In this document: in pieces, positions 1 through 8,946 of the stretch | Numbering within the stretch: position 1 is the stretch's first letter | Layout: every line of letters begins with the position of its first letter | Source of the DNA: a virus | Direction: 5' to 3' (one strand) | Virus genome (UHGV): UHGV-0125821 | Length of the DNA: 64,000 nt | Notes under the pieces: generated by a model | Told to the model about the DNA's origin: nothing | Databases searched by the model: none | Seen by the model: only the letters and a program-made list of their open reading frames with translations | Position numbers and translations under genes: made by a program

Positions 1-85
1 GCAAAGACTTTAAACCTCGTTACGGCTGGCGTGGCAAACGCGACAACCGAGACAGAGCGGTGACGGGCGGAGAGAGTGCCGCATC

Positions 86-162
86 AAGAAAGAAGCCGAC
101 TTGTGATCCCTTTCAGCGGGCATTTGAAAGTGAATCTAGCTCAGGCAGTCGGCTTCTTTCTT
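86..162. repeat. perfect 15-bp inverted repeat around a 47-nt loop
   Basis: AAGAAAGAAGCCGAC at 86-100 and GTCGGCTTCTTTCTT at 148-162, read directly. Confidence 0.6.
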
Positions 163-182
163 GTGTGAGATGTAGCGTATTT

Positions 183-207
183 GCCCATCTTCGGGTGGGC
201 TTTTTTA
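183..207 (+). terminator. intrinsic terminator
   Basis: GC hairpin GCCCA..TGGGC followed by TTTTTT; lies inside track ORF 60..245. Confidence 0.55.
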
Positions 208-379
208 GGGTTTTCGTCATGGTTAGCGACTTTGCGGCGGTTTAGAAACCGACCATTAAAGTAAATGCAAACGATGATCTGATGATGGTAGCGGCCTAAG
301 AAGCCTGACGCCACGGGGTATGAGTCGTCCCCCGTCAAAAAATCGACCGCAGAGTGTCCCCGTCTGTGTATTAGGGAAC

Positions 380-477
380 GGGGAGGCATAACAGGCAAGG
401 GCGCTGGTGTGATTAACCAGATGAATGAGAAGGGTCAGGTCTTTCTGGTCAGCGCCCTTACCTGTTACGTCCCTCCC
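380..477. repeat. 98-nt imperfect palindrome (about 28 paired positions, ~39-nt loop)
   Basis: GGGGAGGCATAACAGGCAAGGGCGCTGG pairs with CAGCGCCCTTACCTGTTACGTCCCTCCC with 3-4 mismatches. Confidence 0.45.
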
Positions 478-666
478 GCGTAATAGCCATTGCTTAATGG
501 CATCCTGGGGGAATTTCTTGTAACGGGTATATCCCGTCATGCTGAAGGCGCTAATCACGCTGGAAGCCAGGGTTATGCATCCCCTGTTACTGAATTGCAG
601 CCAGGGCGCGGTGCGCCGAAAAGCATACGGAGGTGGAAGCCCTCGCCGGAGACGTACCCGGCAAGT

Positions 667-742
667 GATGGTGTAGCTCAGCGGTTAGAGCGGTTGACTG
701 TTAATCAACGGGTCGATGGTTCAAATCCATCCACCATCGCCA
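667..742 (+). tRNA. tRNA-Asn (anticodon GTT)
   Basis: hand-folded cloverleaf: acceptor GATGGTG/CACCATC, anticodon loop CTGTTAA, T-loop TTCAAAT, encoded CCA. Confidence 0.85.
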
Positions 743-744
743 AT

Positions 745-820
745 GCCGGTTTAGCTCAGTTGGTAGAGCGCCTGCCTTGTAAGCAGGATGTCAGCGGTTC
801 GAGTCCGTTAACCGGCACCA
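745..820 (+). tRNA. tRNA-Thr (anticodon TGT)
   Basis: acceptor GCCGGTT/AACCGGC, D-loop AGTTGGTA, anticodon loop CTTGTAA, T-loop TTCGAGT, encoded CCA; 2 nt after tRNA-Asn. Confidence 0.85.
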
Positions 821-828
821 ACACAACA

Positions 829-902
829 GGTAAGGGTATTTTGCGACGTCGGAGATCGCCGTGCTTGGCAGAGGGTTCGAATCCCTACGAAGTACCCTTA
901 CC
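829..902 (+). ncRNA. tRNA-like element that does not fold as a canonical tRNA
   Basis: 10-bp terminal stem GGTAAGGGTA/TACCCTTACC enclosing GGTTCGAATCC T-arm-like motif; no cloverleaf register fits. Confidence 0.3.
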
Positions 903-1241
903 GTTGTGATGAAGTGCAGCTCTTTGAAGCAACCAGAAGATAAGCATCTGGCTTCACAACATAAACCGCAGGAACGACCAATAAACGGTAGTCCGTATGG
1001 AGAACACCCCGTTGAGGAAGAGGCCTGGCCGGAACCGTAACCGGCACTACAACGTTAAGAACACTGGCGTAACGGGGTCATATCCCAATCTATGAATAAA
1101 TGTTGCGTTGCAGCGTGACAACCAGTGTTCTCAACATTGTGGTGAATGCACAGGCTGATGTGCCGCAACTACAGTAGTGCGCGCTTTGCGGGGCTTGCTA
1201 CAACCCTGTGTCGGAGTTCAGCACCGACCATCACAATCACT

Positions 1242-1328
1242 GGAGAGTAGGGAGCATGGTGCTCAAACGGTCTTGAAAACCGTCCCATTGCGCAAGCGAT
1301 GATGGTTCGATTCCATTACTCTCCGCCA
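1242..1328 (+). tRNA. class-II tRNA-like, Ser(TGA)-like anticodon arm, atypical D-arm
   Basis: acceptor GGAGAGT/ACTCTCC plus G plus CCA; anticodon arm ACGGT-CTTGAAA-ACCGT; variable hairpin with GCAA loop; D-loop only 5 nt. Confidence 0.4.
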
Positions 1329-1591
1329 GTGCAACGTTAAGAGTATTTGGCTAATTAAGCGAATGCCGGAAGCAGAACCGGATCACCAAATGCGTACAGG
1401 CGTCATCGCCGCCCAGCCAGCCAAGTGCTCTTACCATTGCGGTGAATGCGGTTAAGCGCACGCGGAACAGTTAAAACAATCCTCCTTAGTGGTTAAGTCA
1501 AACATCCCGGCGTTAATTGTTAACTGGTTAACGTCACCTGGAGGCACCAGGCACCGCAGCTTTTTTATTCGTTAAATAATGGAGTGAGAGG

Positions 1592-1828
1592 ATGCAGAAC
1601 AATCCGAACAAATGTCGAACGCTATGGGTGCGGTTATATATTTATGTCGCCCTCTGTTTGATTGTGTCACTGGTTCTGTATGTTTGGCTTTTGCCAAATA
1701 TGATCTCATCTGACAGCACAATACTTGTATTGTTGGGAGTCCTTCTCGCGCTCATTTACCCGGCTTTTGCAGTAGTCTTTTTTCGTGAAAAAACCAGGAA
1801 ATTGATTAATGAAAAAAACGTTGATTAG
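1592..1828 (+). CDS. small membrane protein with two predicted TM helices
   Basis: hydrophobic 78-aa ORF, SD-like GGAGTGAGAGG before ATG, overlaps start of SPFH gene. Confidence 0.5.
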   Translation: MQNNPNKCRTLWVRLYIYVALCLIVSLVLYVWLLPNMISSDSTILVLLGVLLALIYPAFAVVFFREKTRKLINEKNVD

Positions 1829-2615
1829 TGCAGCGATTATTTTTGGTTCTTTATGTCTGACCGGATGCGACCGGGTAGAACCAGGCAATGTAGGGATCAA
1901 AGTAAATAAGCTGGGGGATGATAAAGGTGTCGGCGAAGTAGTTGGCGTTGGTCGCTACTGGACAGGCTGGAACACAGAAGTTTATATCTTCCCGACCTTT
2001 AAGCAAATGAAGACCTATGATGATCCGTTCAGCTTCCAAATGAGCGACGGGACAACAATTGGTTACCACATTGGTGTAGCTTACAAGGTTGATCCGGCAA
2101 AAGTCACAACTGTATTTCAGACCTACCGCAAAGGCGTGGATGACATTACCGACACTGACCTGCGCCAGAAGATCGCCGATGCACTCAACCGACTGGCCAG
2201 CAAAATGACCACCGATAAGTTTATCGACGGTGGTAAGTCTGAACTGCTGGATTCAGCACTTAAAGATATTCAGGAAGAGATGACCCCCATCGGCATTCAG
2301 GTCATGAGCCTCTCTTATGTCGGTAAACCGGAATATCCGCCAACCGTTATCGACAGCATTAATGCAAAAGTCACGGCGAACCAGAAAACTCTGCAACGCG
2401 AAGCAGAAGCCAACATGCTGCGCGCAGAAGCTGCCGGACAGGCCGATGCCATTCGCACAAAAGCCCAGGCTGAAGCTGATGCCATTCGTTTACGCGGTGA
2501 GGCTCTGCGCCAGAACCCCGGCGTTATGGAGTTGGAAGCGATCAACAAATGGAACGGAACGCTACCGCAGTATATGACCAGTAATACCGCTGTTCCGTTT
2601 GTTCCGGTGAAATAA
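1809..2615 (+). CDS. SPFH/band-7 (prohibitin-like) lipoprotein
   Basis: lipobox LTGC after N-terminal signal; SPFH-type core and Ala/Glu-rich coiled-coil tail. Confidence 0.8.
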   Translation: MKKTLISAAIIFGSLCLTGCDRVEPGNVGIKVNKLGDDKGVGEVVGVGRYWTGWNTEVYIFPTFKQMKTYDDPFSFQMSDGTTIGYHIGVAYKVDPAKVTTVFQTYRKGVDDITDTDLRQKIADALNRLASKMTTDKFIDGGKSELLDSALKDIQEEMTPIGIQVMSLSYVGKPEYPPTVIDSINAKVTANQKTLQREAEANMLRAEAAGQADAIRTKAQAEADAIRLRGEALRQNPGVMELEAINKWNGTLPQYMTSNTAVPFVPVK

Positions 2616-2628
2616 CCAAATAGATAAC

Positions 2629-2760
2629 ATGATGGAATTTTGGACGTTTGCCGACAAGAACCCTTGGTGGACATTTTTATTTCTGCTGGTGGTTGCATAT
2701 GGGGTCGAGCAAGCAGCAAAAGCCTTACGCGGTCCTGGCAAAAAGCGTAAGCGGAATTAA
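2629..2760 (+). CDS. 43-aa membrane peptide with basic C-terminus
   Basis: MMEFWTFADKNPWWTFLFLLVVAYGV...KKRKRN; below track size cut-off, no clear SD. Confidence 0.3.
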   Translation: MMEFWTFADKNPWWTFLFLLVVAYGVEQAAKALRGPGKKRKRN

Positions 2761-2769
2761 CAGTAATCT

Positions 2770-2845
2770 GGCCCTTTAGCTCAGTGGTTAGAGCAGGCGA
2801 CTCATAATCGCACGGTCACCGGTTCAAATCCGGTAGGGGCCACCA
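2770..2845 (+). tRNA. tRNA with CAT anticodon, ileX-like (Ile2 lysidine type) or Met
   Basis: acceptor GGCCCTT/AGGGGCC, anticodon loop CTCATAA, T-loop TTCAAAT, CCA; resembles enterobacterial ileX from memory. Confidence 0.8.
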
Positions 2846-3300
2846 TATTTGGTTGTAACACGGCGTCTGGCACATGCGTCGTTAGCGGTCTGGTGACGTT
2901 AAAAGGGGTATCTTTGACTCTTGCTTAGGCAAACGGACCAGGTAGCCGGAATGTGCAAGCCCCGGTAACAGTGGCGGACCGAGGACTCACCATCCTGGCG
3001 ATTCGGTGTGACAGCCGGAAGAGCACGGCGCACAACAGGAAAAGGCGTTTAATTAGCGTGAGCGCCGTTTCCGTTGTGGTAATTGCGGCTATGCGCTCGT
3101 GACGAAGCCATTTTCATTCACTACGTTCTGATAAGTGACGTCGCCAGGAGTGGCTAACCTGGCAGGTGGAGGCACCACCGCCACAACTCCTTTCAATTCA
3201 TCATATAGCCGCTCAGGCTGTACCCCTTAATTAATACGAAGTTACGACATCACTACCGGTACTTCCGGGGGATAGTCGCGCGTGTAAAAAAGGAGACGTT

Positions 3301-3876
3301 ATGTTAATGGCGAACGATAACGCATATGCAGAAGAAGATCTCATTTTGAGTGACTTCATAGGGAAGCGTGAACGCTGGACCCAAAAGCGAGAGGAACTTT
3401 ACGCCTCATTAGTTCGCAAAGGCGTCAATATCGAAACCGCACAGAGCGGCGATATGACAGTGGTAAGCGTTGGATTGCACGGTGTAAGCGTGTCAGCAAT
3501 CAATCATGAGCCATACGTTGCGTTATCCGAGTCAATGGTAAGGTTAGTTAAGTTCCTGAAGTACACAGAAGCGAATAATGTAATCATTGGCAAAAAGAAT
3601 ATCCCTTTTTCCTCGGCTTTTTACTGGATGATGAAAGGGCTTGATGCCCGGCGGACATCATGGCCTAAAGGGAGCTATATATCGATGTTCCGTGGCAGCA
3701 TTGGCAGCAAAGAAAAGCTCTTCGAATTCTTGCCGGAAGAGGCATTCGATATTGTGGAAGGGTGCGATGTGATGGTGATGCCTCGCCTGGTAATGATGAA
3801 TGGTGATTTACAGGCGCAGACAGACTGGTTTGCAACTGGTGTGGATATTATCGCGACTGACTGGGAGGCTTTCTGA
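3301..3876 (+). CDS. hypothetical protein with Trp-rich C-terminal domain (DUF2829-like)
   Basis: SD AAGGAG before ATG; C-terminus W..G..RR..W ... D(I/L)(I/L)A.DW shared with ORF 11524..12186. Confidence 0.65.
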   Translation: MLMANDNAYAEEDLILSDFIGKRERWTQKREELYASLVRKGVNIETAQSGDMTVVSVGLHGVSVSAINHEPYVALSESMVRLVKFLKYTEANNVIIGKKNIPFSSAFYWMMKGLDARRTSWPKGSYISMFRGSIGSKEKLFEFLPEEAFDIVEGCDVMVMPRLVMMNGDLQAQTDWFATGVDIIATDWEAF

Positions 3877-4268
3877 TGTACGGGACTACCAAATTAAGCA
3901 CTCAACAGGCCACCAATATGGAGTGGTCTATCGCTAACTGTAAGATCGTGTCATGCAATGCCACGCGTACTGATGTGGGCCATAAAAGCACTATAACAGG
4001 CTATCTAGTAATGACCACCAGGGGGATGAGGGTTAGCTTTCGCTGGAAAGCAGAGCAAGTAACGCCATTCAGAGAGCCATCAATGCCGCTGCAGGTTGAG
4101 CAGGATTATCTATGTTTACCAGAAATAGATGGCGGAATGCTGGTGGAGTCTGATGGTAGTAAGGCTGATTTTGAAGCCAATTTGAAGCTGGCACAGGCCG
4201 TAATCAATAGTTATCGCGGAAAGTGGATCGCAAAAGTGAAACATGTTGTTCGTTTGTCTCGCTGGTAG
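3876..4268 (+). CDS. hypothetical protein
   Basis: ATG overlaps upstream stop (TGATG); no family recognised. Confidence 0.55.
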   Translation: MYGTTKLSTQQATNMEWSIANCKIVSCNATRTDVGHKSTITGYLVMTTRGMRVSFRWKAEQVTPFREPSMPLQVEQDYLCLPEIDGGMLVESDGSKADFEANLKLAQAVINSYRGKWIAKVKHVVRLSRW

Positions 4269-4376
4269 CGTTAGGTATTTAATATTAATTTTCTAATACA
4301 ATCATCTTTTTACCAGTCTATACAGTTTTAACATTCTCATTATCATCCCCTCGGTCATTTCCTGCCCGGGGGATTA

Positions 4377-4769
4377 ATGGAACAAATCAGCAGCGCAGAA
4401 ATTGCGGATATCATGATCAGGGCTGACTGCTATCTGACAGTCACTGAAATTACCACTCTCGCCAAAGAAAAATACCCTCATCTCCATGTTTCACGAGTAA
4501 GTGTAACTAACATCATTCGTCATTTTGTTCGTTCAAGCAGGGCAATCTGTGAGCTTGATGATCGTGTTTACCCACGAAAATACTGGTTGCATGGCCTGAA
4601 CGGATATCAGTTCAAGGTGCGTGGGCGAACCCCTGAATATGGCAGTTTACTGGTTAAAAACTGTAGCAGGAAATCAGTCGAACAGGCGCGAAAAGAGCAA
4701 CGAGAGCTGGTGGACATGGCGAATAAGCTGTGGAATGCCGCCGTTATAAAGCGTGGTGTTGCTTTATGA
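4377..4769 (+). CDS. hypothetical protein, Lpa-like by position upstream of terminase
   Basis: position only; stop overlaps pacA-like start (ATGA). Confidence 0.5.
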   Translation: MEQISSAEIADIMIRADCYLTVTEITTLAKEKYPHLHVSRVSVTNIIRHFVRSSRAICELDDRVYPRKYWLHGLNGYQFKVRGRTPEYGSLLVKNCSRKSVEQARKEQRELVDMANKLWNAAVIKRGVAL

Positions 4770-6130
4770 GTCTGGTTAATTGGGAGGAGCACCGCGCCCG
4801 CTTTATAGCGTTGCGTGAAGAAAAAGGGATCACTGTAAAGGAATACTGTGAGGAGCATGGCCTTAGCTTCAATACAGCCAGAAAGCATCTCAATATGAAA
4901 AAAAATGAGGTGCGGTCGCAGGTAAAGACAACAAAAAAAAGCACCAAATCACCTGAAAAAAAACGGGCGGGAAGAGCAACAAAAAAGCTGGAAGAGGGTG
5001 TAGAAAAAACAAAATTTACAGAAATTGACAATTCGCAGGGCGCAGGTTCTTTCCGAAGTATGCCGAGAAAGAAAACTTCGGATCATGAAAATAATTCAAA
5101 TAATAACAATAAGATAAAAGAATCTGTCAGGAGATCATTGCGCGAAAAAATGGCGAAAATGATCCCCGAAGAAGATAAAAACGCCCCAAAAATTGAGGGA
5201 TCTTCTGCAATGATCCATGACGGTGCTGTGCAGCGAGCCACATTGCCAACTACGAATGTGGCTCGCGATATGATGAAGAACGGCGCAGAAGAACACCTGC
5301 GGTTAGCAATTCAAATGGCGCAAGAGCGCGCACTTCAGTATCAAAGCATTGTTGATCAGGAGGCCGAACGTCTACAGGCGGAAATAGACGCCTTGGGCGA
5401 TAAAGAGCCAGAAGGAATGCACCCTGGGCAGCGCCTTCTCGGTCTAATCAGTGACGCGGCCTACTACATGAATGATTTTATCAGTAGGTTGGCAGCTATA
5501 TATCAGTCCGAACAAAAGCTGCGACAGGGGGATGAAAAGCTTCGTCAGAGCGCTCGCCAGCAAGCATTCAAAGAGGCTGAGGCCAGAGAAAAACTCGAAT
5601 TAGCACGCCTACAGGCCGAACAGCGTGGCAAAGAGATTGAATATCGCATTGGCGCTGACGCACGCGCAGCCAGAGTTATCGCCGCCGCTATACGTATGCG
5701 TGAGCGCGAGGAACTGGATGATATCGGTGTTGCTGAATACATCGAGCGCCAGGGTGTCAGCGTCCCGGCTATCCTCGCGGCGCGCGCGGCGAAAGCTATC
5801 ACTCTTCTCGAACCACCTGTTTCTGACGTCAATGATGTTGATGATGAACAGCTGGACAAAGAGGCAAGGGAGTTTGCAACGCTTCAGGCTAACCATCCGC
5901 AATGGCTGGCAGAGCGCCGGGCGGATGTGGCAACCATTGTTGAAGAATTGGGGTGCGGAGATTACGACCGCAATGGCGAGCGTAAAGCTGGAGAATTCGA
6001 GGCCAACGACGAAGAGCTGGATATTGACCCTTCGGCAACGGCTGAAATTTACGGTGATTATGATGCATCTGATGCAGGGTATGACGCCGGAGATGATGAT
6101 ATCGCGATAGAACCGCCGGAGGATGATTAA
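4766..6130 (+). CDS. pacA: terminase small subunit (PacA-like)
   Basis: precedes and is translationally coupled to large terminase; N-terminal HTH-like region, acidic C-terminus; start moved to ATG 4766. Confidence 0.65.
   Translation: MSLVNWEEHRARFIALREEKGITVKEYCEEHGLSFNTARKHLNMKKNEVRSQVKTTKKSTKSPEKKRAGRATKKLEEGVEKTKFTEIDNSQGAGSFRSMPRKKTSDHENNSNNNNKIKESVRRSLREKMAKMIPEEDKNAPKIEGSSAMIHDGAVQRATLPTTNVARDMMKNGAEEHLRLAIQMAQERALQYQSIVDQEAERLQAEIDALGDKEPEGMHPGQRLLGLISDAAYYMNDFISRLAAIYQSEQKLRQGDEKLRQSARQQAFKEAEAREKLELARLQAEQRGKEIEYRIGADARAARVIAAAIRMREREELDDIGVAEYIERQGVSVPAILAARAAKAITLLEPPVSDVNDVDDEQLDKEAREFATLQANHPQWLAERRADVATIVEELGCGDYDRNGERKAGEFEANDEELDIDPSATAEIYGDYDASDAGYDAGDDDIAIEPPEDD
5080..5217. 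other. candidate pac site: five GATC-containing hexamers in 136 bp
   Basis: GATC at 5081, 5134, 5162, 5200, 5213 inside 5-prime part of pacA-like gene. Confidence 0.4.
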
Positions 6131-7638
6131 TGGCTGGCGGGCGCAAGATTAAATGCGTCACCAGAGATCCACGCTGGCGCGATATGGTAATCAAATACCG
6201 CTACAACTTTACCCAGGCTGTTGTCGATATTTTTGGGATGTTCCCCTCCCAGCAGCAGCAGCAGATCATTCAGTCCGTACAGGAAACGGGGAGTAGGACT
6301 ACCGTCACGTCCGGACACGGAACGGGGAAGTCGTCCCTTACCGCGATGTTGCTGTTGATTTTTATGATCCTGTTCCCCGATGCCCGTGTCATCATTGTTG
6401 CTAACAAGATAGGCCAGGTAAAAACAGGCGTATTCAAATACGTTAAACAGTATTGGGCGAATGCAGTTAAGCGTCATGGGTGGTTGCAGACCTATTTTGT
6501 CCTCTCTGACACCATGTTTTATGAGCGCTCCCGTAAGGGGATTTGGGAAGTTCTCTGCAAAGGTTATCGACTCGGCAACGAAGAAGCGCTGGCGGGGGAA
6601 CACGCGGCACATTTGCTTCTAATTCTGGATGAAGCATCTGGTATATCTGATAAGGCGATCGGCGTAATGACCGGTGCTCTTACTGAAGAAGATAACCGGA
6701 TGTTGATGCTATCCCAGCCAACAAGGCCAAGTGGTTATTTCTACGATTCGCACCATTCTCGAGCAAAAACCCCAGACAACCCGAAAGGGATCTGGACAGC
6801 AATTGTTCTTAACTCGGAAGAATCACCGTTCGTCACACCACAATTCATCAAGGAGAAGCTTCTGGAATATGGCGGGCGCGATTCTATTGAGTACATGGTC
6901 AAGGTGCTTGGTCAGTTCCCACGAGAAATTAACGGCTATTTGCTTGGTCGTGATGAATGCGATCGCGCTGCTCGCCGCAAGGTGTTGTTGGAGAAAAACT
7001 GGGGATGGGTGGCAACGGCTGACGTTGGTAATGGGCGAGATAAGTCGGTCCTCAACATCTGCAAGGTATCAGGTCACAGGGATAAGCGGCGCGTTGTTAA
7101 CTTTAAGGTAATGGAGATGCCTGGCACTATGGACCCATTGGCCTTTGCTGACTTCATATATAACGAATGTACGCCGGAAAAATACCCGAATATAACAATC
7201 GCGGTTGATGCTGATGGTTTTGGTTCTGATACGTGTGCGCAGTTGGTGCGTCGTGGTGCGAACCCGGTACGTATTCGGTGGGGAAAACCCATGTTTGCGA
7301 ACAAAGACAGGGAGCGATTTGTTAATCAGCGTGCCTACGCAAATATTATGGCGCGTGATGCCATAAAGTCAGGGCGTATGCGGATAGACAGTGACCCTAA
7401 AACGGCAGAGCAAGCGTCAAAAATCCCCTTTTTACTGAATGAAGAAGGGAAAATGGCGATGATGCGCAAAGAGCACATGCGGCAAAAGCTAAACATCAAA
7501 TCGCCTGACCGATGGGATACCTACTGCTTCACTATGCTGGTGGACTATGTGCCTGCTAATGAAGATATTGGTGCCGAAATGGCAACTTTCCGAGATCAGG
7601 TTCTGGCGGATATCGAAATGCCGGATCTGGATATATAA
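6130..7638 (+). CDS. pacB: terminase large subunit (PacB-like)
   Basis: Walker A GHGTGKS, Walker B-like LLILDEA, nuclease-like C-terminal half. Confidence 0.75.
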   Translation: MAGGRKIKCVTRDPRWRDMVIKYRYNFTQAVVDIFGMFPSQQQQQIIQSVQETGSRTTVTSGHGTGKSSLTAMLLLIFMILFPDARVIIVANKIGQVKTGVFKYVKQYWANAVKRHGWLQTYFVLSDTMFYERSRKGIWEVLCKGYRLGNEEALAGEHAAHLLLILDEASGISDKAIGVMTGALTEEDNRMLMLSQPTRPSGYFYDSHHSRAKTPDNPKGIWTAIVLNSEESPFVTPQFIKEKLLEYGGRDSIEYMVKVLGQFPREINGYLLGRDECDRAARRKVLLEKNWGWVATADVGNGRDKSVLNICKVSGHRDKRRVVNFKVMEMPGTMDPLAFADFIYNECTPEKYPNITIAVDADGFGSDTCAQLVRRGANPVRIRWGKPMFANKDRERFVNQRAYANIMARDAIKSGRMRIDSDPKTAEQASKIPFLLNEEGKMAMMRKEHMRQKLNIKSPDRWDTYCFTMLVDYVPANEDIGAEMATFRDQVLADIEMPDLDI

Positions 7639-7665
7639 AGCCCCGCGATGCGGGGCCGGTTGTGA

Positions 7666-8703
7666 TTACCAGAGCTTCGCGGCGTACTGCGTTTGGGGGA
7701 ATGTGTATCCGTAACGTTCTTCGATTGCTTTGCCGTATTTTTTACGAGCTTCATTCAGTTTAATGCCGGTCAGGTCGTCTCCAGAGGCCATCATTACGTC
7801 TAACAATTCCAGATCCATTTTATCCAGCCTTGCCATTGCTTCACGTGATGTACGTATCTTACGCTCAATGATATGGCGAATAGCCGGATCGGCATCCTCC
7901 AGCATCTTAGCGGATTTCTGCTTAAGGCTTTCATTGCGAATATCGATGTTCCTTAAGATGTACGACTTCGCAACGTAGCTTGGCTGGTGTTTTTCCAGGT
8001 CACGAACACGATATAAGTTAAAATCGCCGAGAAGGCTGCAAGGTACCGATTCGACGCCAGAATAAATTGTAATGCTCCGGCGTTCACCAACATTATTGAC
8101 AACGGGGATCGTTGTCTTCGGTAGTCTTGCGAAAACCAATGCACCATGTGCGCCAACTCTAAAGCGAGAAAGGGCATTGCTGCCTTCGATGTTTGTTGTC
8201 AGCACAACATCTGTATATGCCTCTTTACGCGCCCGGTAGATCTCGCCTTCAGGCTCAGCTTCAAAGAAGCGCTGTTCTTCTTCAAGATCGCCTACGATTT
8301 GAGAAAAAACCCTATTTTTCAGGCTTTTCTTTATGATTTTGTCGTATTTTTTTAGCAATTGTTCACGTGTAAATGTACGTGTTGTTGTAGCGCTTTGCAC
8401 AACGACATGCGTGCTTTGATTGGTGTCCTCAATGATGAATGGGATCGGAGAATATACAGACTCAACAATGTTCGACGCTTTGCCGTCGGCATCGCGGCAC
8501 ATGTCAACGAAGGCTTTCCATTCAGCAAGACATTTTTCAGCTTCTTCTAATATGTTTTGGTCATGCGTTAATGCAACATGGCGGAATTCCTCGCCAGCAT
8601 AACTGGTATCATGGAAAACAGAGTTTGCGACCACCAGCTCTTTCCACCGTTCAGCGGTTTGCAGGAACCGTTTGTACTCTTTCTCGATCGACTTCTTACT
8701 CAT
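7666..8703 (-). CDS. hypothetical 345-aa protein at the position of the P1 c1 repressor
   Basis: antisense between pacB-like and rox/dre; operator-like motif 20 bp upstream of its start; function not established. Confidence 0.6.
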   Translation of the reverse strand: MSKKSIEKEYKRFLQTAERWKELVVANSVFHDTSYAGEEFRHVALTHDQNILEEAEKCLAEWKAFVDMCRDADGKASNIVESVYSPIPFIIEDTNQSTHVVVQSATTTRTFTREQLLKKYDKIIKKSLKNRVFSQIVGDLEEEQRFFEAEPEGEIYRARKEAYTDVVLTTNIEGSNALSRFRVGAHGALVFARLPKTTIPVVNNVGERRSITIYSGVESVPCSLLGDFNLYRVRDLEKHQPSYVAKSYILRNIDIRNESLKQKSAKMLEDADPAIRHIIERKIRTSREAMARLDKMDLELLDVMMASGDDLTGIKLNEARKKYGKAIEERYGYTFPQTQYAAKLW

Positions 8704-8718
8704 TATTCCTACTCGATT

Positions 8719-8738
8719 TAGTTTTCTAACATAAAATT
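8719..8738. promoter_or_regulatory. operator-like motif copy
   Basis: TTATGTTAGAAAACTAAATC on minus strand. Confidence 0.45.
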
Positions 8739-8914
8739 ACTATGACAAATTTATGTCGAATAACAGAGTGAGTAAAGGATCGAACTGTGATTTTTTGTCA
8801 TCAATTTTAGAAAACCAACCGTAGAAACCACACTTCGCAAATTAAAGACCATGAAGGCAACGTGTTACTGGTCATCATCAATCTATGATGGGTTAAAAAA
8901 AAATCGGCATTTTA

Positions 8915-8946
8915 TAACTTTAAATAATTGGCATTATTTAAAGTTA
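8915..8946. other. rox-like recombination site
   Basis: TAACTTTAAATAATTGGCATTATTTAAAGTTA; reverse complement equals the rox sequence as I recall it. Confidence 0.85.

Noticed and set aside
60-245. Track ORF of 61 aa on the plus strand
   Set aside because: Contains a perfect 15-bp inverted repeat and an intrinsic terminator within its frame; more likely a 3-prime structured region
490-909. Track ORF of 139 aa on the plus strand
   Set aside because: It runs straight through the tRNA-Asn and tRNA-Thr genes and the tRNA-like element; GC-rich read-through frame, not a gene
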